Under the pieces are notes generated by a model. That model was not told where the DNA came from, did not search any database, and saw only the letters and a list, made by a program, of their open reading frames with translations. DNA of 64,000 nt from an uncultured Clostridia bacterium. Lineage in GTDB: Bacteria > Bacillota > Clostridia > UMGS1883. The stretch is from the NCBI GenBank assembly GCA_947626145.1, contig CANQRB010000002.1, positions 68,339 to 132,338 on the forward strand, read 5' to 3'. Within the stretch, counting starts at the first letter, position 1. Every line of letters begins with the position of its first letter. Below, piece after piece: positions 46,220-56,266 of the stretch. Made by a program: the position numbers and the translations under genes.

Positions 46220-46339
46220 AAGTTAAGCACACCTCTTGCAGTCTGTATAGTATAATTATATACTTTTGATACTTCCGCGTCAAGGGCGAAGAGAACAAAA
46301 TTTACAAATTTTTTTTGGTAAAAGAGCCGGATAAAGGCG

Positions 46340-46368
46340 TTGACATTGTACAAAAAATGCGGTATAAT
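46340..46368 (+). promoter_or_regulatory. sigma-A type promoter of lgt
   Basis: TTGACA, 17-nt spacer, TATAAT. Confidence 0.55.
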
Positions 46369-46397
46369 AAATTATCATTATTCGGGCTGGTGAAATA

Positions 46398-47240
46398 ATG
46401 AAAACTATTGCTTTTCCTAAACTGGGCCTCAAATTTACTCTCGATCCGATCCTCGTCCATTTCGGTGACGGCGGCATACACTGGTACGGTGTGATCATTG
46501 CCGCCGGGGTGCTGCTGGCTCTGCTCCTGTGCGGCTGTCTGTACAAGGGCAGAGGGAGGAACCCCGAGGAGCTGGTGGACTTTTTGCTCTGGGCCCTGCC
46601 GTTCGGCATTGTCGGCGCGAGACTGTATTATGTTGTCTTTTCCTGGGACAGCGGCTCTTATTCCGGTGACCCGATGGAAATATTTCGGGTGTGGAACGGG
46701 GGCCTCGCCATATACGGCGGCATAATAGCCGGCTTTGTTGTGGCGGTGATTTTTTGCCGTGTAAAGGGAATAAGCTTCCTTGAATTTGCCGATGTGTGCG
46801 TGCCCGGCGTGGCTCTGGGCCAGTGCATGGGCCGCTGGGGCAACTTTGTCAACGGCGAGGCCCACGGCGGCGTTACTTCTCTGCCCTGGGGCATGACCAT
46901 CAACGGTGGTGAGCCTGTGCATCCGACCTTTTTGTACGAAAGCTTGTGGAGCCTTGCCGGTATGGTGATACTGATCATACTGGTGAAAAAAAGCAAGGCG
47001 CCGGGAAGCGCCCTTTTTACCTATTTTATATGGTACGGGACAGGAAGGTTTTTTATCGAGGGTATGCGTACGGACAGCCTTTATATTCTGCCGGGCATCA
47101 GAGTGTCCCAGATAGTGGCCGCCGTGACGGTGATCTGCGGAATTATCGGCCTGATAATTACTGCCCTGCGCCGGAAAAGGGTCGGTGCGACAGAGGACGC
47201 TCCCTATAACGTCCATACTCAGGCGGAAGATAAATGTTAA
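46398..47240 (+). CDS. lgt: prolipoprotein diacylglyceryl transferase
   Basis: Lgt signature segments (HWYGV, RVWNGGLAIYGG, GRWGNF, HPTFLYES). Confidence 0.9.
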   Translation: MKTIAFPKLGLKFTLDPILVHFGDGGIHWYGVIIAAGVLLALLLCGCLYKGRGRNPEELVDFLLWALPFGIVGARLYYVVFSWDSGSYSGDPMEIFRVWNGGLAIYGGIIAGFVVAVIFCRVKGISFLEFADVCVPGVALGQCMGRWGNFVNGEAHGGVTSLPWGMTINGGEPVHPTFLYESLWSLAGMVILIILVKKSKAPGSALFTYFIWYGTGRFFIEGMRTDSLYILPGIRVSQIVAAVTVICGIIGLIITALRRKRVGATEDAPYNVHTQAEDKC

Positions 47241-47378
47241 GAAATTGTGACAAACTGATAAAACCACTTGACAACAATATATTAAATGTATAAAATTATA
47301 TATGTGTCAGTCTGTGATAGTTTGCGTTACGGCTTTCATGAGGCTTTCATATTTAATTTTTTATAAGGAGAGATAAGG

Positions 47379-50300
47379 ATGAAGAGATTCAGATCAGTGC
47401 TTTCCGTTCTTCTTGCCCTGACGATGGTATTCACCTGCTTCGCGGCTTTTGCCGATGACGGCGATACTACCGGCGTGATGACGGAAAGTACCGAGAGAGA
47501 AATTGTAACAAACTTTTCTGATGTGGATCCCAGTACCACAGTTGGCAAAGCCGTCACTGAGCTTGCCATCAGAGGCATAATCAACGGCCGCCCCGACGGT
47601 ACCTTCGGCCCTGACGAGAACATAACCCGTGCTGAATTTTCGGCAATTATTGTCCGTTTGAACAATATGGATATGGGTCTTGGAAGCGACGCGGTGACCG
47701 GCTTTACCGACCTTGACGCCGACGAGAATTTCAAGTGGGCCCGTCCATATATTAAAGTTGTCAAGGATATGGGCTACATGGACGGCGTGGGCGACAATAA
47801 GTTCGCCGCCGGCGATCCCGTGACCTTTGAGCAGGTAGTGGCCGTTCTCATGCGTATGCACGGCTGGGGCCCCACCTGTGATCTCGAGGCGCAGTCCACT
47901 CCCAACGCAACATGGTCTTACGGATATATCCACCATGCCAATTCCGAGGGACTTACCAGAAACGCCATGTCCGCCCAGAACGAACCCACCAAGGCCGTTA
48001 CCCGCGGTATAGTGGCCATTCTGGCTAACAATTCCCGCGGCATACGTGACCTTGAGATGGTCGTTGATCCCGACACCGGCGCCGTCAGCTATCAGCCCAG
48101 CAGCGTCAGCACAAGCTCCGGCGGCAGCAAGGGCAGCAATGGCAGCGGCAGCAACTCAAGCTCCGGCAAGAACGACGACAATATCATCAACGGCATCGTT
48201 ACCGCCACCTATCTGGCCTATATCGACGATCCCGAGGAAAATCTCAACAGAAATGAGATAGTTGTCGGCGACGAGGTTTACACCATAGGCAAAAAGTGCA
48301 TGGAGACCGTGGACATCTATGACCTTCTTGGCCAGAGAGTAAAAATGGTCTACGACGATATGGACGATATCATCACCAACATCAGCGTTACGGACTACGA
48401 GTCCACCGACATCTATTCCGGCTATGTCGGCGGCAGCAATAAGTTCTATCTGGGCGTTGACAACGGAAAGATACAGTATGCCAGCAATCCCGACACCTTC
48501 CGGACAGGCTCCGTTGCTCTCAAGGGCGTTGTTATCTACAACGGCAAGCTTATTGAGGACTTTGAGGCCGAGGATCTTGACGATCCCGACAGCCCCTACT
48601 ATTTCAAGAACGGTGTAATTGAGATAGCTGAAAACGGCAGATACAACTTCGTAAAGATATCCAATTATGACACCTATGTTGTCAACGGTACCAGCACAAG
48701 AAGCAACGTTGACTACATTACCCTCAAGTATAAGTACGACGATGATTTCGTTGACAATAACAACAGGATCGAGATGCCTGTCAGCGACGACGCCGATTAC
48801 TTCACCTTCCGCCGCGGCAGCACAAACATTGCCGAAAAGGATAATAAGAGAAGCGAGCTTAAGGCTTATGACGTACTGAGCGTGCTCCGTTCGCCCGAGG
48901 ATGCCGACGGTCCCACCGTGCTCAAGATAGAGGTCACCAGGAACAGCGTCAACGGGCAGCGGGTATCCAGCGTAAGCGGTGACGACGACTTTATGTTCCT
49001 GATGGGAGAACGCTACTATGAGTACAACTACGAGTACGGGAACTTTGTGAAGAATGAGGACGAGGATGTGACCGCCCTTCAGCGCGGTTCCTCCGGTGTC
49101 AATCTCTACCTTGACTACATCGGCCAGATAGCCGCCGTTACGGTTTCGGATACGGGAGATAACGGCTCCTACGCCTACGGCTATCTTCTGAGCCTGCTCC
49201 AGGACGACAGCGAGAGCGATTATGACCTTGAGCTCTATATCATGGAGTCCGACGGTACCCGTCATGAGCGCGGCACCAGCACCACAATACAGATCGACGG
49301 CAAGAGATATGATACGGACGATGAGGATATCCTTGACGTTCTTGAGGATTCCGCAAATGAGGCCAATGAATCCTATCTCAACACCTCCGCCGGCAACGAT
49401 GTGGATAACCTTCAGTATCAGCAGCCGATAAGATATAAGCTCAACAGCAAAAATCTTGTAACCGCCATAGACACTGTTGCAAACTCTAATATTGACGGCA
49501 ACGATCTCGTTCTTTCTGCCCGTATCGACGACAGCACCACCGATGACGGCCTCCGTCAGTACAACCGTTCCAGCGGCTTCGCTTACGATGATGAGGACGG
49601 CGATGAGGCTCACTTTGTAATAAGCAGCACCACCAAGATATTCTTCATCCCTGACGACAGGACAGACTTTGAACTCTACGGCAAGCGTACCACTTCCACG
49701 TTCACCAGCGGAAACAGCTACTATGTGGAGGCATATAATGTAGGTACTACCAGCTCCAACAGAGCCGATGTGGTATTCATCTACAAGATGGACGACACCA
49801 TGGTATTCAACTCCAAGTCCTCCTTCCTCATCATAACCGATTACGGCCAGAACAATGACGATGAAGAGACCATAACCGGCTATAGAGGCAACTACAATGG
49901 CGGCGGCTCGGTAGCAACCACCACCACCACGGTTAAGCTTAACTACAGCCAGATGAATTCCGACGCGAGAGAAGACTACCGCAGCCTTGGCAAGGGCGAT
50001 ATTGTCCGCTATCTCACCGGTTCCGACGGCAGGGTGACAGACCTCGAGCTTTGGCTTGACGCTTCCGATCCCATTCAGGACGAGCCTGTGGGCAGCGTGA
50101 GAGAGGCTTTGGAGAACCGTGTTCTCGCTATCAGAAGCAACTCCACGGAGCCTGTTGACGGCGACGCGTATAATGCGGCCTTCCGTCTGGCCTACGGTAC
50201 GGTACTCCGTCACGAGACCGATATCAAGAGCATCACCGTTACTCCCACCCTTGTTGAGGACGACATTGAAATGGTAGACAGCGGCACCGGCGTGGTAGCC

Positions 50301-50495
50301 CACCTCTATAGCAGCAGCACCAAGGTGTTTGTTTACAACGGCAGGAGCGGCGCCGAATATATCGACGGCGAGGATGCCTTCGAGGACATTCAGGCTTATG
50401 AGGATGGCAACGACGGCAGCGTGGTTGTTACCTTCTCAACCGGTGACACCACCAACAGCGCCAGTCCCTTCAGAATGATTTATATCATTCACTAA
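47379..50495 (+). CDS. S-layer protein: signal peptide, three N-terminal SLH domains, and a ~800-aa surface domain
   Basis: SLH motifs (FSDVDP...AVTELAIRGIINGRPDGTFGP, FTDLD...KWARPYIKVVKDMGYMDG). GS-rich linker. No catalytic motif recognised. Confidence 0.8.
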   Translation: MKRFRSVLSVLLALTMVFTCFAAFADDGDTTGVMTESTEREIVTNFSDVDPSTTVGKAVTELAIRGIINGRPDGTFGPDENITRAEFSAIIVRLNNMDMGLGSDAVTGFTDLDADENFKWARPYIKVVKDMGYMDGVGDNKFAAGDPVTFEQVVAVLMRMHGWGPTCDLEAQSTPNATWSYGYIHHANSEGLTRNAMSAQNEPTKAVTRGIVAILANNSRGIRDLEMVVDPDTGAVSYQPSSVSTSSGGSKGSNGSGSNSSSGKNDDNIINGIVTATYLAYIDDPEENLNRNEIVVGDEVYTIGKKCMETVDIYDLLGQRVKMVYDDMDDIITNISVTDYESTDIYSGYVGGSNKFYLGVDNGKIQYASNPDTFRTGSVALKGVVIYNGKLIEDFEAEDLDDPDSPYYFKNGVIEIAENGRYNFVKISNYDTYVVNGTSTRSNVDYITLKYKYDDDFVDNNNRIEMPVSDDADYFTFRRGSTNIAEKDNKRSELKAYDVLSVLRSPEDADGPTVLKIEVTRNSVNGQRVSSVSGDDDFMFLMGERYYEYNYEYGNFVKNEDEDVTALQRGSSGVNLYLDYIGQIAAVTVSDTGDNGSYAYGYLLSLLQDDSESDYDLELYIMESDGTRHERGTSTTIQIDGKRYDTDDEDILDVLEDSANEANESYLNTSAGNDVDNLQYQQPIRYKLNSKNLVTAIDTVANSNIDGNDLVLSARIDDSTTDDGLRQYNRSSGFAYDDEDGDEAHFVISSTTKIFFIPDDRTDFELYGKRTTSTFTSGNSYYVEAYNVGTTSSNRADVVFIYKMDDTMVFNSKSSFLIITDYGQNNDDEETITGYRGNYNGGGSVATTTTTVKLNYSQMNSDAREDYRSLGKGDIVRYLTGSDGRVTDLELWLDASDPIQDEPVGSVREALENRVLAIRSNSTEPVDGDAYNAAFRLAYGTVLRHETDIKSITVTPTLVEDDIEMVDSGTGVVAHLYSSSTKVFVYNGRSGAEYIDGEDAFEDIQAYEDGNDGSVVVTFSTGDTTNSASPFRMIYIIH

Positions 50496-50514
50496 ACCGG
50501 TATTTAACGGCAGA

Positions 50515-50537
50515 GGAAGGGCCTTTCGGGCCCTTCC
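50515..50537 (+). terminator. GC-rich hairpin after the S-layer gene (putative terminator; weak T-run)
   Basis: ggaagggcc-tttc-gggcccttcc, not followed by a clean T-run. Confidence 0.4.
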
Positions 50538-50698
50538 GTCAGCCGGGCGCTTTGGGCCGTATAAAAAACAATAAAGGTAAAATAACAAATCCATGTTGAA
50601 AATCCGCCGTTTTTAATAAAAAGGGGCGGATTTTCTCAATTTATTTTGACGGCCCTGTGTTATGGTTATGTTTTACTACAGAGAAAGGAAGAAGATGT

Positions 50699-51475
50699 AT
50701 GAACGTGCGGCATCCTGACATTGAACGGCTTGAACGGCGTATGGGCTATACTTTTCGGGATCATCAGCTGCTCCGGACGGCCCTGACCCACACCTCCTAC
50801 GCCCACCAGTTCGGAGTGGAGAGCTATGAACGGTTAGAGTTTTTGGGCGATGCTATACTTGGCTTTATCATCGCCCAAGAGCTTTACCTGGATAAAAAGT
50901 TCCCCGAGGGTATGTCCACCCGTATAAGGGCGGCTCTGGTCTGCGAGGACACGTTGGCCGAGCTTTCCGCCCAGATAGGAATTGACGAGTTTGCCCTGAT
51001 TGGCACCGGCGCCGAAAACTGCGGCGAGCGCCACCGCAAGTCCATTATGGCGGATATGTTTGAGGCCCATGTGGCCGCCATGTATCTGGACGCCGGTCTG
51101 GAACAGACCCGCGGCTATGTGCTGAAGGTTTACGGCGACAGGATAAAGAATATGATAACCGAGGGACACTTCATAGACCATGACTACAAGAGCCGGCTGC
51201 AGGAGAAGATTCAGGGCAAGGACCGGAACGTGACCTATGAGGTGATAAACGAGGTCGGGCCGGTGCATGACTGTGTTTTCACCGTGGCGGCGGCAATCGA
51301 GGGGAAATATATAGGCACCGGTGTTTCCAACAGCAAAAAGAAGGCCCAGCAGCTGGCGGCCCGGGCGGCTATGGAGAAGATCAAGCGTATAGAGGAGGAG
51401 CTGTATGACAGGGGAGAGAACCCTGACAGCGAAAACATACTTCGTGAGCTCATCGGCGGCGGGGAGCAGTCATGA
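50699..51475 (+). CDS. rnc: ribonuclease III
   Basis: RNase III signature ERLEFLGDAILG and a C-terminal dsRBD. Start at the internal ATG (50699), which has an AGGAAG RBS. Confidence 0.9.
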   Translation: MNVRHPDIERLERRMGYTFRDHQLLRTALTHTSYAHQFGVESYERLEFLGDAILGFIIAQELYLDKKFPEGMSTRIRAALVCEDTLAELSAQIGIDEFALIGTGAENCGERHRKSIMADMFEAHVAAMYLDAGLEQTRGYVLKVYGDRIKNMITEGHFIDHDYKSRLQEKIQGKDRNVTYEVINEVGPVHDCVFTVAAAIEGKYIGTGVSNSKKKAQQLAARAAMEKIKRIEEELYDRGENPDSENILRELIGGGEQS

Positions 51476-52446
51476 ACATTCCCGTCTTTGTGCCTCATGT
51501 TGGCTGTCCCAACGACTGCGCTTTCTGCAACCAGCGCTCCATTACCGGCGTCACGGAGGCTCCCGACCCCGGGGAGGTGGAGCGGATAGCCAACGAGTAC
51601 CTTTCCGGCGGCAAGGCCGGCTCCCACACCATAGCTTTTTTCGGCGGCAGCTTCACCGGAATTGAACCCGGGCTCCAGCGCAGTTATCTTGCTCATGCAA
51701 AAAAATACCTTGACGCCGGAAGAATTTCCGGCATCAGGCTCTCCACCCGTCCGGATTACATCGGCCCGGCGGAGCTGGATCTGCTGGCGGAATACGGGGT
51801 CACCAATATTGAGCTTGGCGCCCAGTCCATGGACGACGGAGTGCTTGCGGCGGCGGGACGGGGTCACAACTCGGAGGCAGTCCGCCGGGCGTCGCACATG
51901 ATAAAGGAGAGGGGCTTTGTCCTTGGCCTCCAGATGATGACGGGCCTGCCGGAGGACACGCCTGAAAAGGCTCTGGCCACGGCGGAGGAATTTATCGCCC
52001 TCGGAGCGGATGAGACCCGCATTTATCCGACTCTTGTCATGGAAAACACCCGCCTTGCCGCCATGTATCGGGCGGGGAGCTATAGGCCCCAGTCTGTTGA
52101 AGAGGCCGTGGAGCTCGGCGCGGTTTTGTACGGAAGGTTCCGCGCCGCCGGAGTGAAAGTCCTGCGCATAGGTCTCAGCGACAGCGAGGATTTAAAGGGC
52201 GGCTGTGTGGCCGGCCCGTATCATCCCGCCATGGGGGAGCTGATTATCGGCCGTTATGTGCGCAATCAGCTGGAAAGCATGGCGGAAAACGGCAGACTGG
52301 ACATACGCGCCCCCAAAAAGTATTTCAGCAAAATTGTGGGAATTAAGCGCTGCAATGCGGAATATTTTCTGAAAAAGGGCGTGGCCTTCTCTCTGACGGA
52401 GGGGAATGATCCCCTTGTGAACGGAAAATACAGTCTCGATTTTTGA
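51472..52446 (+). CDS. radical SAM protein (ELP3/TIGR01212-like)
   Basis: CPNDCAFCN radical-SAM cysteine motif near the N-terminus; 4-nt overlap with rnc. Confidence 0.8.
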   Translation: MNIPVFVPHVGCPNDCAFCNQRSITGVTEAPDPGEVERIANEYLSGGKAGSHTIAFFGGSFTGIEPGLQRSYLAHAKKYLDAGRISGIRLSTRPDYIGPAELDLLAEYGVTNIELGAQSMDDGVLAAAGRGHNSEAVRRASHMIKERGFVLGLQMMTGLPEDTPEKALATAEEFIALGADETRIYPTLVMENTRLAAMYRAGSYRPQSVEEAVELGAVLYGRFRAAGVKVLRIGLSDSEDLKGGCVAGPYHPAMGELIIGRYVRNQLESMAENGRLDIRAPKKYFSKIVGIKRCNAEYFLKKGVAFSLTEGNDPLVNGKYSLDF

Positions 52447-52455
52447 GGTGATGAT

Positions 52456-52989
52456 ATGCGGATACGCCCTGTGACCCTTGCCGACGCTCCGGCCCTTGCG
52501 GAAATATATGCCCCGTATGTGGCCGAAACCGACGTTACCTTTGACACGGAACCCCCGACGGCGGAATGGTTTGAAGCAAAAATCAAAAATATAACAGCAT
52601 TTTATCCCTTTATCGTCGCGGAAGAGGGCGGTGAAATTATAGGATACGCCTACGCCCACGAGTTCCGGCCGCGGACGGCCTTTATCTGGTCGGTGGAAAC
52701 GACGGTCTATGTCCGCCGCGGCCGTCTTGGCGGAGGAGTGGGGAAGGCTCTGTGCCTGAAGCTGGAGGCTCTGCTGAAGTCCCGGGGGATAACAAATCTC
52801 TACGCCTGTATAACCGACACCAACGCCGGAAGCATAGCCTTTCACGAAAAAATGGGTTATAAATATATCGGACGCTTTGAAGGCTGCGGGTATAAGCTCG
52901 GTCATTGGCTTGGCGTTGTCTGGCTCGGGAAGGTCATCGGCGAACGGACCGACCCGCCGGGAGAGGTAAAAGCCGTTGAAAATATTTGA
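52456..52989 (+). CDS. GNAT family N-acetyltransferase (phosphinothricin-acetyltransferase-like)
   Basis: GNAT acetyl-CoA fold motifs (RRGRLGGGVGKAL). Confidence 0.8.
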   Translation: MRIRPVTLADAPALAEIYAPYVAETDVTFDTEPPTAEWFEAKIKNITAFYPFIVAEEGGEIIGYAYAHEFRPRTAFIWSVETTVYVRRGRLGGGVGKALCLKLEALLKSRGITNLYACITDTNAGSIAFHEKMGYKYIGRFEGCGYKLGHWLGVVWLGKVIGERTDPPGEVKAVENI

Positions 52990-53036
52990 TTATTATATAA
53001 AAAATTCCTTTTTTGAAAATTTTTTATAAATTCCTC

Positions 53037-53065
53037 TTGACTAATGGACAAATTTTTTGTATAAT
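53037..53065 (+). promoter_or_regulatory. sigma-A type promoter of secDF
   Basis: TTGACT, 17-nt spacer, tgTATAAT (extended -10). Confidence 0.55.
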
Positions 53066-53111
53066 GGATATTGTTGTAAAACTAAAGTAAGTGTTAAGGA
53101 GGGATTGGTAC

Positions 53112-54479
53112 ATGAAAGCGAAAAGCGTCATTTCATTTGTACTGATTATGATATTGATCGCCGCCTTTGCCACTGTCTGTGTGGGCGACATCAGTATCGG
53201 CAACTTCAGAGTCCCCAGTGTTCTCGACAGAGACAAGGGCATCAAGCAGGGTCTTGACCTTGTGGGCGGCTCTATCATAGTTTTTGAGCCCAAGGACGTG
53301 GAGCTTTCCAAGGTTACCCCGGCTCAGATGGACAGCGCCGAGGCCGTGCTCCGTGCGCGTCTGGACTCCATGGGCCAGAACGAGGCCACTATCTCCCGTC
53401 AGGGAGCCACCAGCATCCGCGTTGAAATTCCGGATATGGACGATCCTCAGCAGGCCGTTGACCTCATCGGTCAGGTGGCCAAGCTGGAGTTCCGCTATAT
53501 GTATACCGACACCGCCGAGGACGGCAGCCCCAGCTATGATCTGGCCATGGAAGGCAGCAGCGACTACGTCAAGAACGCCTCCATGGAGTTTGGCCCCGTC
53601 AATCAGGGCGGCAATTCCGAGTATTATGTAAGCCTTGAGCTCACCGCCAAGGGACAGGAGGCCTTTAAGGAGGCCACCAGCAACGCCGTGGCTCAGTCCT
53701 ACAACGGCAGGGCCATAGCAAATCAGATAGTTATCGCTTTGGACGAGGACATTGTCAGCGCTCCCAGTGTTGACGAGGTCATCGACAGCACAACCTGCAT
53801 AATTCACGGCAGCTTTGACGCCGAGTCCGCCAACAATCTGGCCAGCGTCATCAACAGCGGTTCGCTGCCCTTCGCCCTTCAGGACGCGGAGCTCCGCAGC
53901 GTGGGCCCCACCTTGGGTTCTCAGGCTCTGGACACATCTCTCAGGGCGGCCCTCATCGGTATCATCCTTGTAATGCTGTTCATGCTCCTGTTCTACCGCC
54001 TGCCCGGCCTTGTGGCTGACATCAGCCTTGTGGCCTATATTTCCATCACGCTGCTCATCATGGCCGGCTTCTTCATCGGCGACGGCGTGACCAGTGGCTA
54101 CCGCATTACACTGACCCTGCCGGGTATCGCCGGCGTTATCCTCTCCATAGGTATGGCCGTTGACGCCAACGTTGTAATTTTCGAGAGGATAAAGGACGAG
54201 CTTCGTCAGGGCAAGAGCGTCGGCGCCGCCGTTGACGGCGGATACAAGCGCGCCATCACCGCCGTAATCGACTCTAACGTAACGACGATCATCGCCTGCG
54301 TTGTGCTCTACATTTTCGGCAGCGGCACCATCAAGAGCTTCGCCATCACTCTTGGCATCGGTATTCTTGTAAGTATGTTCTCCGCCATCTTCCTTACGAA
54401 GTGGCTGCTCAAGCTCATTGTGGGCTTCGGCGTAAGAAGCAACTGGCTCTACGGAGTAAATAAAAGGAGGGATGCCTGA
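53112..54479 (+). CDS. secD: protein translocase subunit SecD
   Basis: SecD periplasmic domain and a C-terminal six-TM region. ATG with an AAGGAGGG RBS. Confidence 0.9.
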   Translation: MKAKSVISFVLIMILIAAFATVCVGDISIGNFRVPSVLDRDKGIKQGLDLVGGSIIVFEPKDVELSKVTPAQMDSAEAVLRARLDSMGQNEATISRQGATSIRVEIPDMDDPQQAVDLIGQVAKLEFRYMYTDTAEDGSPSYDLAMEGSSDYVKNASMEFGPVNQGGNSEYYVSLELTAKGQEAFKEATSNAVAQSYNGRAIANQIVIALDEDIVSAPSVDEVIDSTTCIIHGSFDAESANNLASVINSGSLPFALQDAELRSVGPTLGSQALDTSLRAALIGIILVMLFMLLFYRLPGLVADISLVAYISITLLIMAGFFIGDGVTSGYRITLTLPGIAGVILSIGMAVDANVVIFERIKDELRQGKSVGAAVDGGYKRAITAVIDSNVTTIIACVVLYIFGSGTIKSFAITLGIGILVSMFSAIFLTKWLLKLIVGFGVRSNWLYGVNKRRDA

Positions 54480-55375
54480 TGAGTCCCACTAAAAACAGAA
54501 AGATATTCTTCTCAATTTCCGCCGTCCTGGTTATCGCCAGCATCCTGCTGATGATATTCAAGGGCTTCAACATGGGTATTGATTTCACCGGCGGCAACCT
54601 GTACCAGTTCGAGCTTGGCAAGACCGTCACCTCCGAGATGGAGGATCAGATAGAGTCCATCGTGGCTGAAAAGGCCGGCACCTCCGACATTTCCGTTCAG
54701 GCCACAGCCGGCACACAGGTCATCGTCAAGACTCCCGAAATGTCCAACGAGACCAGCGACGCCATCATTGAGGCCGTAAAGAACGAATTCTCCATCGGTC
54801 AGGAGAACGTGATGAACAATGAAAAGGTAAACGGTACCGTCAGCGGCCGTCTCATCGGCGACGCTCTCAAGTCCGTGCTCATCGCCATCGCTCTCATGCT
54901 TCTGTATATCTGGTTCCGTTTCGACTTCCAGAGCGGCACCAGCGCCGTTATGGCACTGGCTCATGACGTTATCATCATGCTGGGCTTCATGTCCCTCTTC
55001 GGAGTGGCTATTAACAGCCCCTTCATCGCCGCGGTGCTCACCATTGTAGGTTATTCCATCAACGCCACCATCGTTGTGTTCGACCGTATACGTGAGAACG
55101 GCCGTCTCATGCAGAAAGCGACCCCCAACGACATCGCCGACGACGCCATCCGTCACAGCTATACCAGAGCCATTAATTCCTCTCTGACCACGCTGTTCAC
55201 TATCGGCGCCCTGTATGTTATGGGTGTGACCTCCATTCGTGAGTTCGCTCTTCCCATCGTTATCGGTATCGTAGTGGGCACATATTCCTCCCTGTTTATC
55301 GCCGGTTCCTTCTGGGCCTGGTGGAAGGGTCTGGGAGCAAAGCCCGCCGCCGCTAAAAGCGCGAAGAAAAAGTAA
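54479..55375 (+). CDS. secF: protein translocase subunit SecF
   Basis: SecF family; its ATG overlaps the secD stop (cctgATGa). Confidence 0.9.
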   Translation: MSPTKNRKIFFSISAVLVIASILLMIFKGFNMGIDFTGGNLYQFELGKTVTSEMEDQIESIVAEKAGTSDISVQATAGTQVIVKTPEMSNETSDAIIEAVKNEFSIGQENVMNNEKVNGTVSGRLIGDALKSVLIAIALMLLYIWFRFDFQSGTSAVMALAHDVIIMLGFMSLFGVAINSPFIAAVLTIVGYSINATIVVFDRIRENGRLMQKATPNDIADDAIRHSYTRAINSSLTTLFTIGALYVMGVTSIREFALPIVIGIVVGTYSSLFIAGSFWAWWKGLGAKPAAAKSAKKK

Positions 55376-55396
55376 TAAAATCCCGATGAATTAAGT

Positions 55397-55432
55397 AAAA
55401 TGAGAATGGCATCAGTCATTCTCATTTTTATT
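55397..55432 (+). terminator. Rho-independent terminator after secF
   Basis: Perfect 10-bp stem aatgagaatg/cattctcatt followed by TTTTATT. Confidence 0.7.
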
Positions 55433-55445
55433 ATGTGGTGATTTT

Positions 55446-56216
55446 ATGAGACGTTTTTTACCCGTTCTGCTTGCGCTTGCGCTTTTTTCCGCCGGATGCG
55501 CTCCCGCGGAGGAGACCGCCTCGGAGACCGTGACGCTGGATAACACTACCAAGGGCTGGGGCTTCCGCCGCATGGATCCGAGGCCGGAGTTCACCGCCGA
55601 ACAGACCTCCGAGATGGAGACCTTCGGCTGTTATTACATGGGCGAGGACGACAAAAGCCTGTATCTGACCTTTGACGAGGGCTATGAAAACGGCTATACC
55701 GGTCAGATTTTGGACGTTTTAAAGGAAAAACAGGTTCCGGCGGCCTTTTTTGTCACCGGGCCGTACCTCAAAACCGAAACGGAGCTGGTTCGGCGCATGG
55801 TGGATGAGGGGCACATTGTGGGCAATCACAGCGTAAATCACCCTTCTTTGCCCGACCTGAGCGATGAGGAGATAGAGAAGGAGCTTTACGACCTTGATCT
55901 GATGTTTTATGAGCGCTATGGCCGGCACATGAAATATCTCCGCCCCCCAAGAGGCGAATACAGTACGAGAGTGCTTGATATTACAAATAAAATGGGCTAT
56001 ACCAGCGTCTTTTGGTCGGTTGCCTATGTGGATTGGAAGACCGACGCCCAGCAGGGCAGCCGACACGCTCTTGACAGCGTGCTTCCCCAGCTCCACGGCG
56101 GGGCGGTGATACTGCTGCACGCCGTTTCCTCCGACAATGCAGGGGCCATGGCCGAGCTGATCGATACCGCCCGGGCGCAAGGCTATGTTTTTAAAAGTCT
56201 GGACGAATATAAGTGA
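55446..56216 (+). CDS. polysaccharide deacetylase family lipoprotein (PdaA-like delta-lactam-biosynthetic de-N-acetylase)
   Basis: Lipobox SAGC. NodB-homology motifs (YLTFDEG, HSVNHP). Confidence 0.8.
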   Translation: MRRFLPVLLALALFSAGCAPAEETASETVTLDNTTKGWGFRRMDPRPEFTAEQTSEMETFGCYYMGEDDKSLYLTFDEGYENGYTGQILDVLKEKQVPAAFFVTGPYLKTETELVRRMVDEGHIVGNHSVNHPSLPDLSDEEIEKELYDLDLMFYERYGRHMKYLRPPRGEYSTRVLDITNKMGYTSVFWSVAYVDWKTDAQQGSRHALDSVLPQLHGGAVILLHAVSSDNAGAMAELIDTARAQGYVFKSLDEYK

Positions 56217-56266
56217 CGGTCTCCGGGGATAATTCATAGGAGAATTAGCCCCGGAGGTGTGCGTTT

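Noticed and set aside
48156-50303. 715-aa minus-strand ORF
   Set aside because: Antisense to the S-layer gene. The translation is repetitive and V/G/A-rich.
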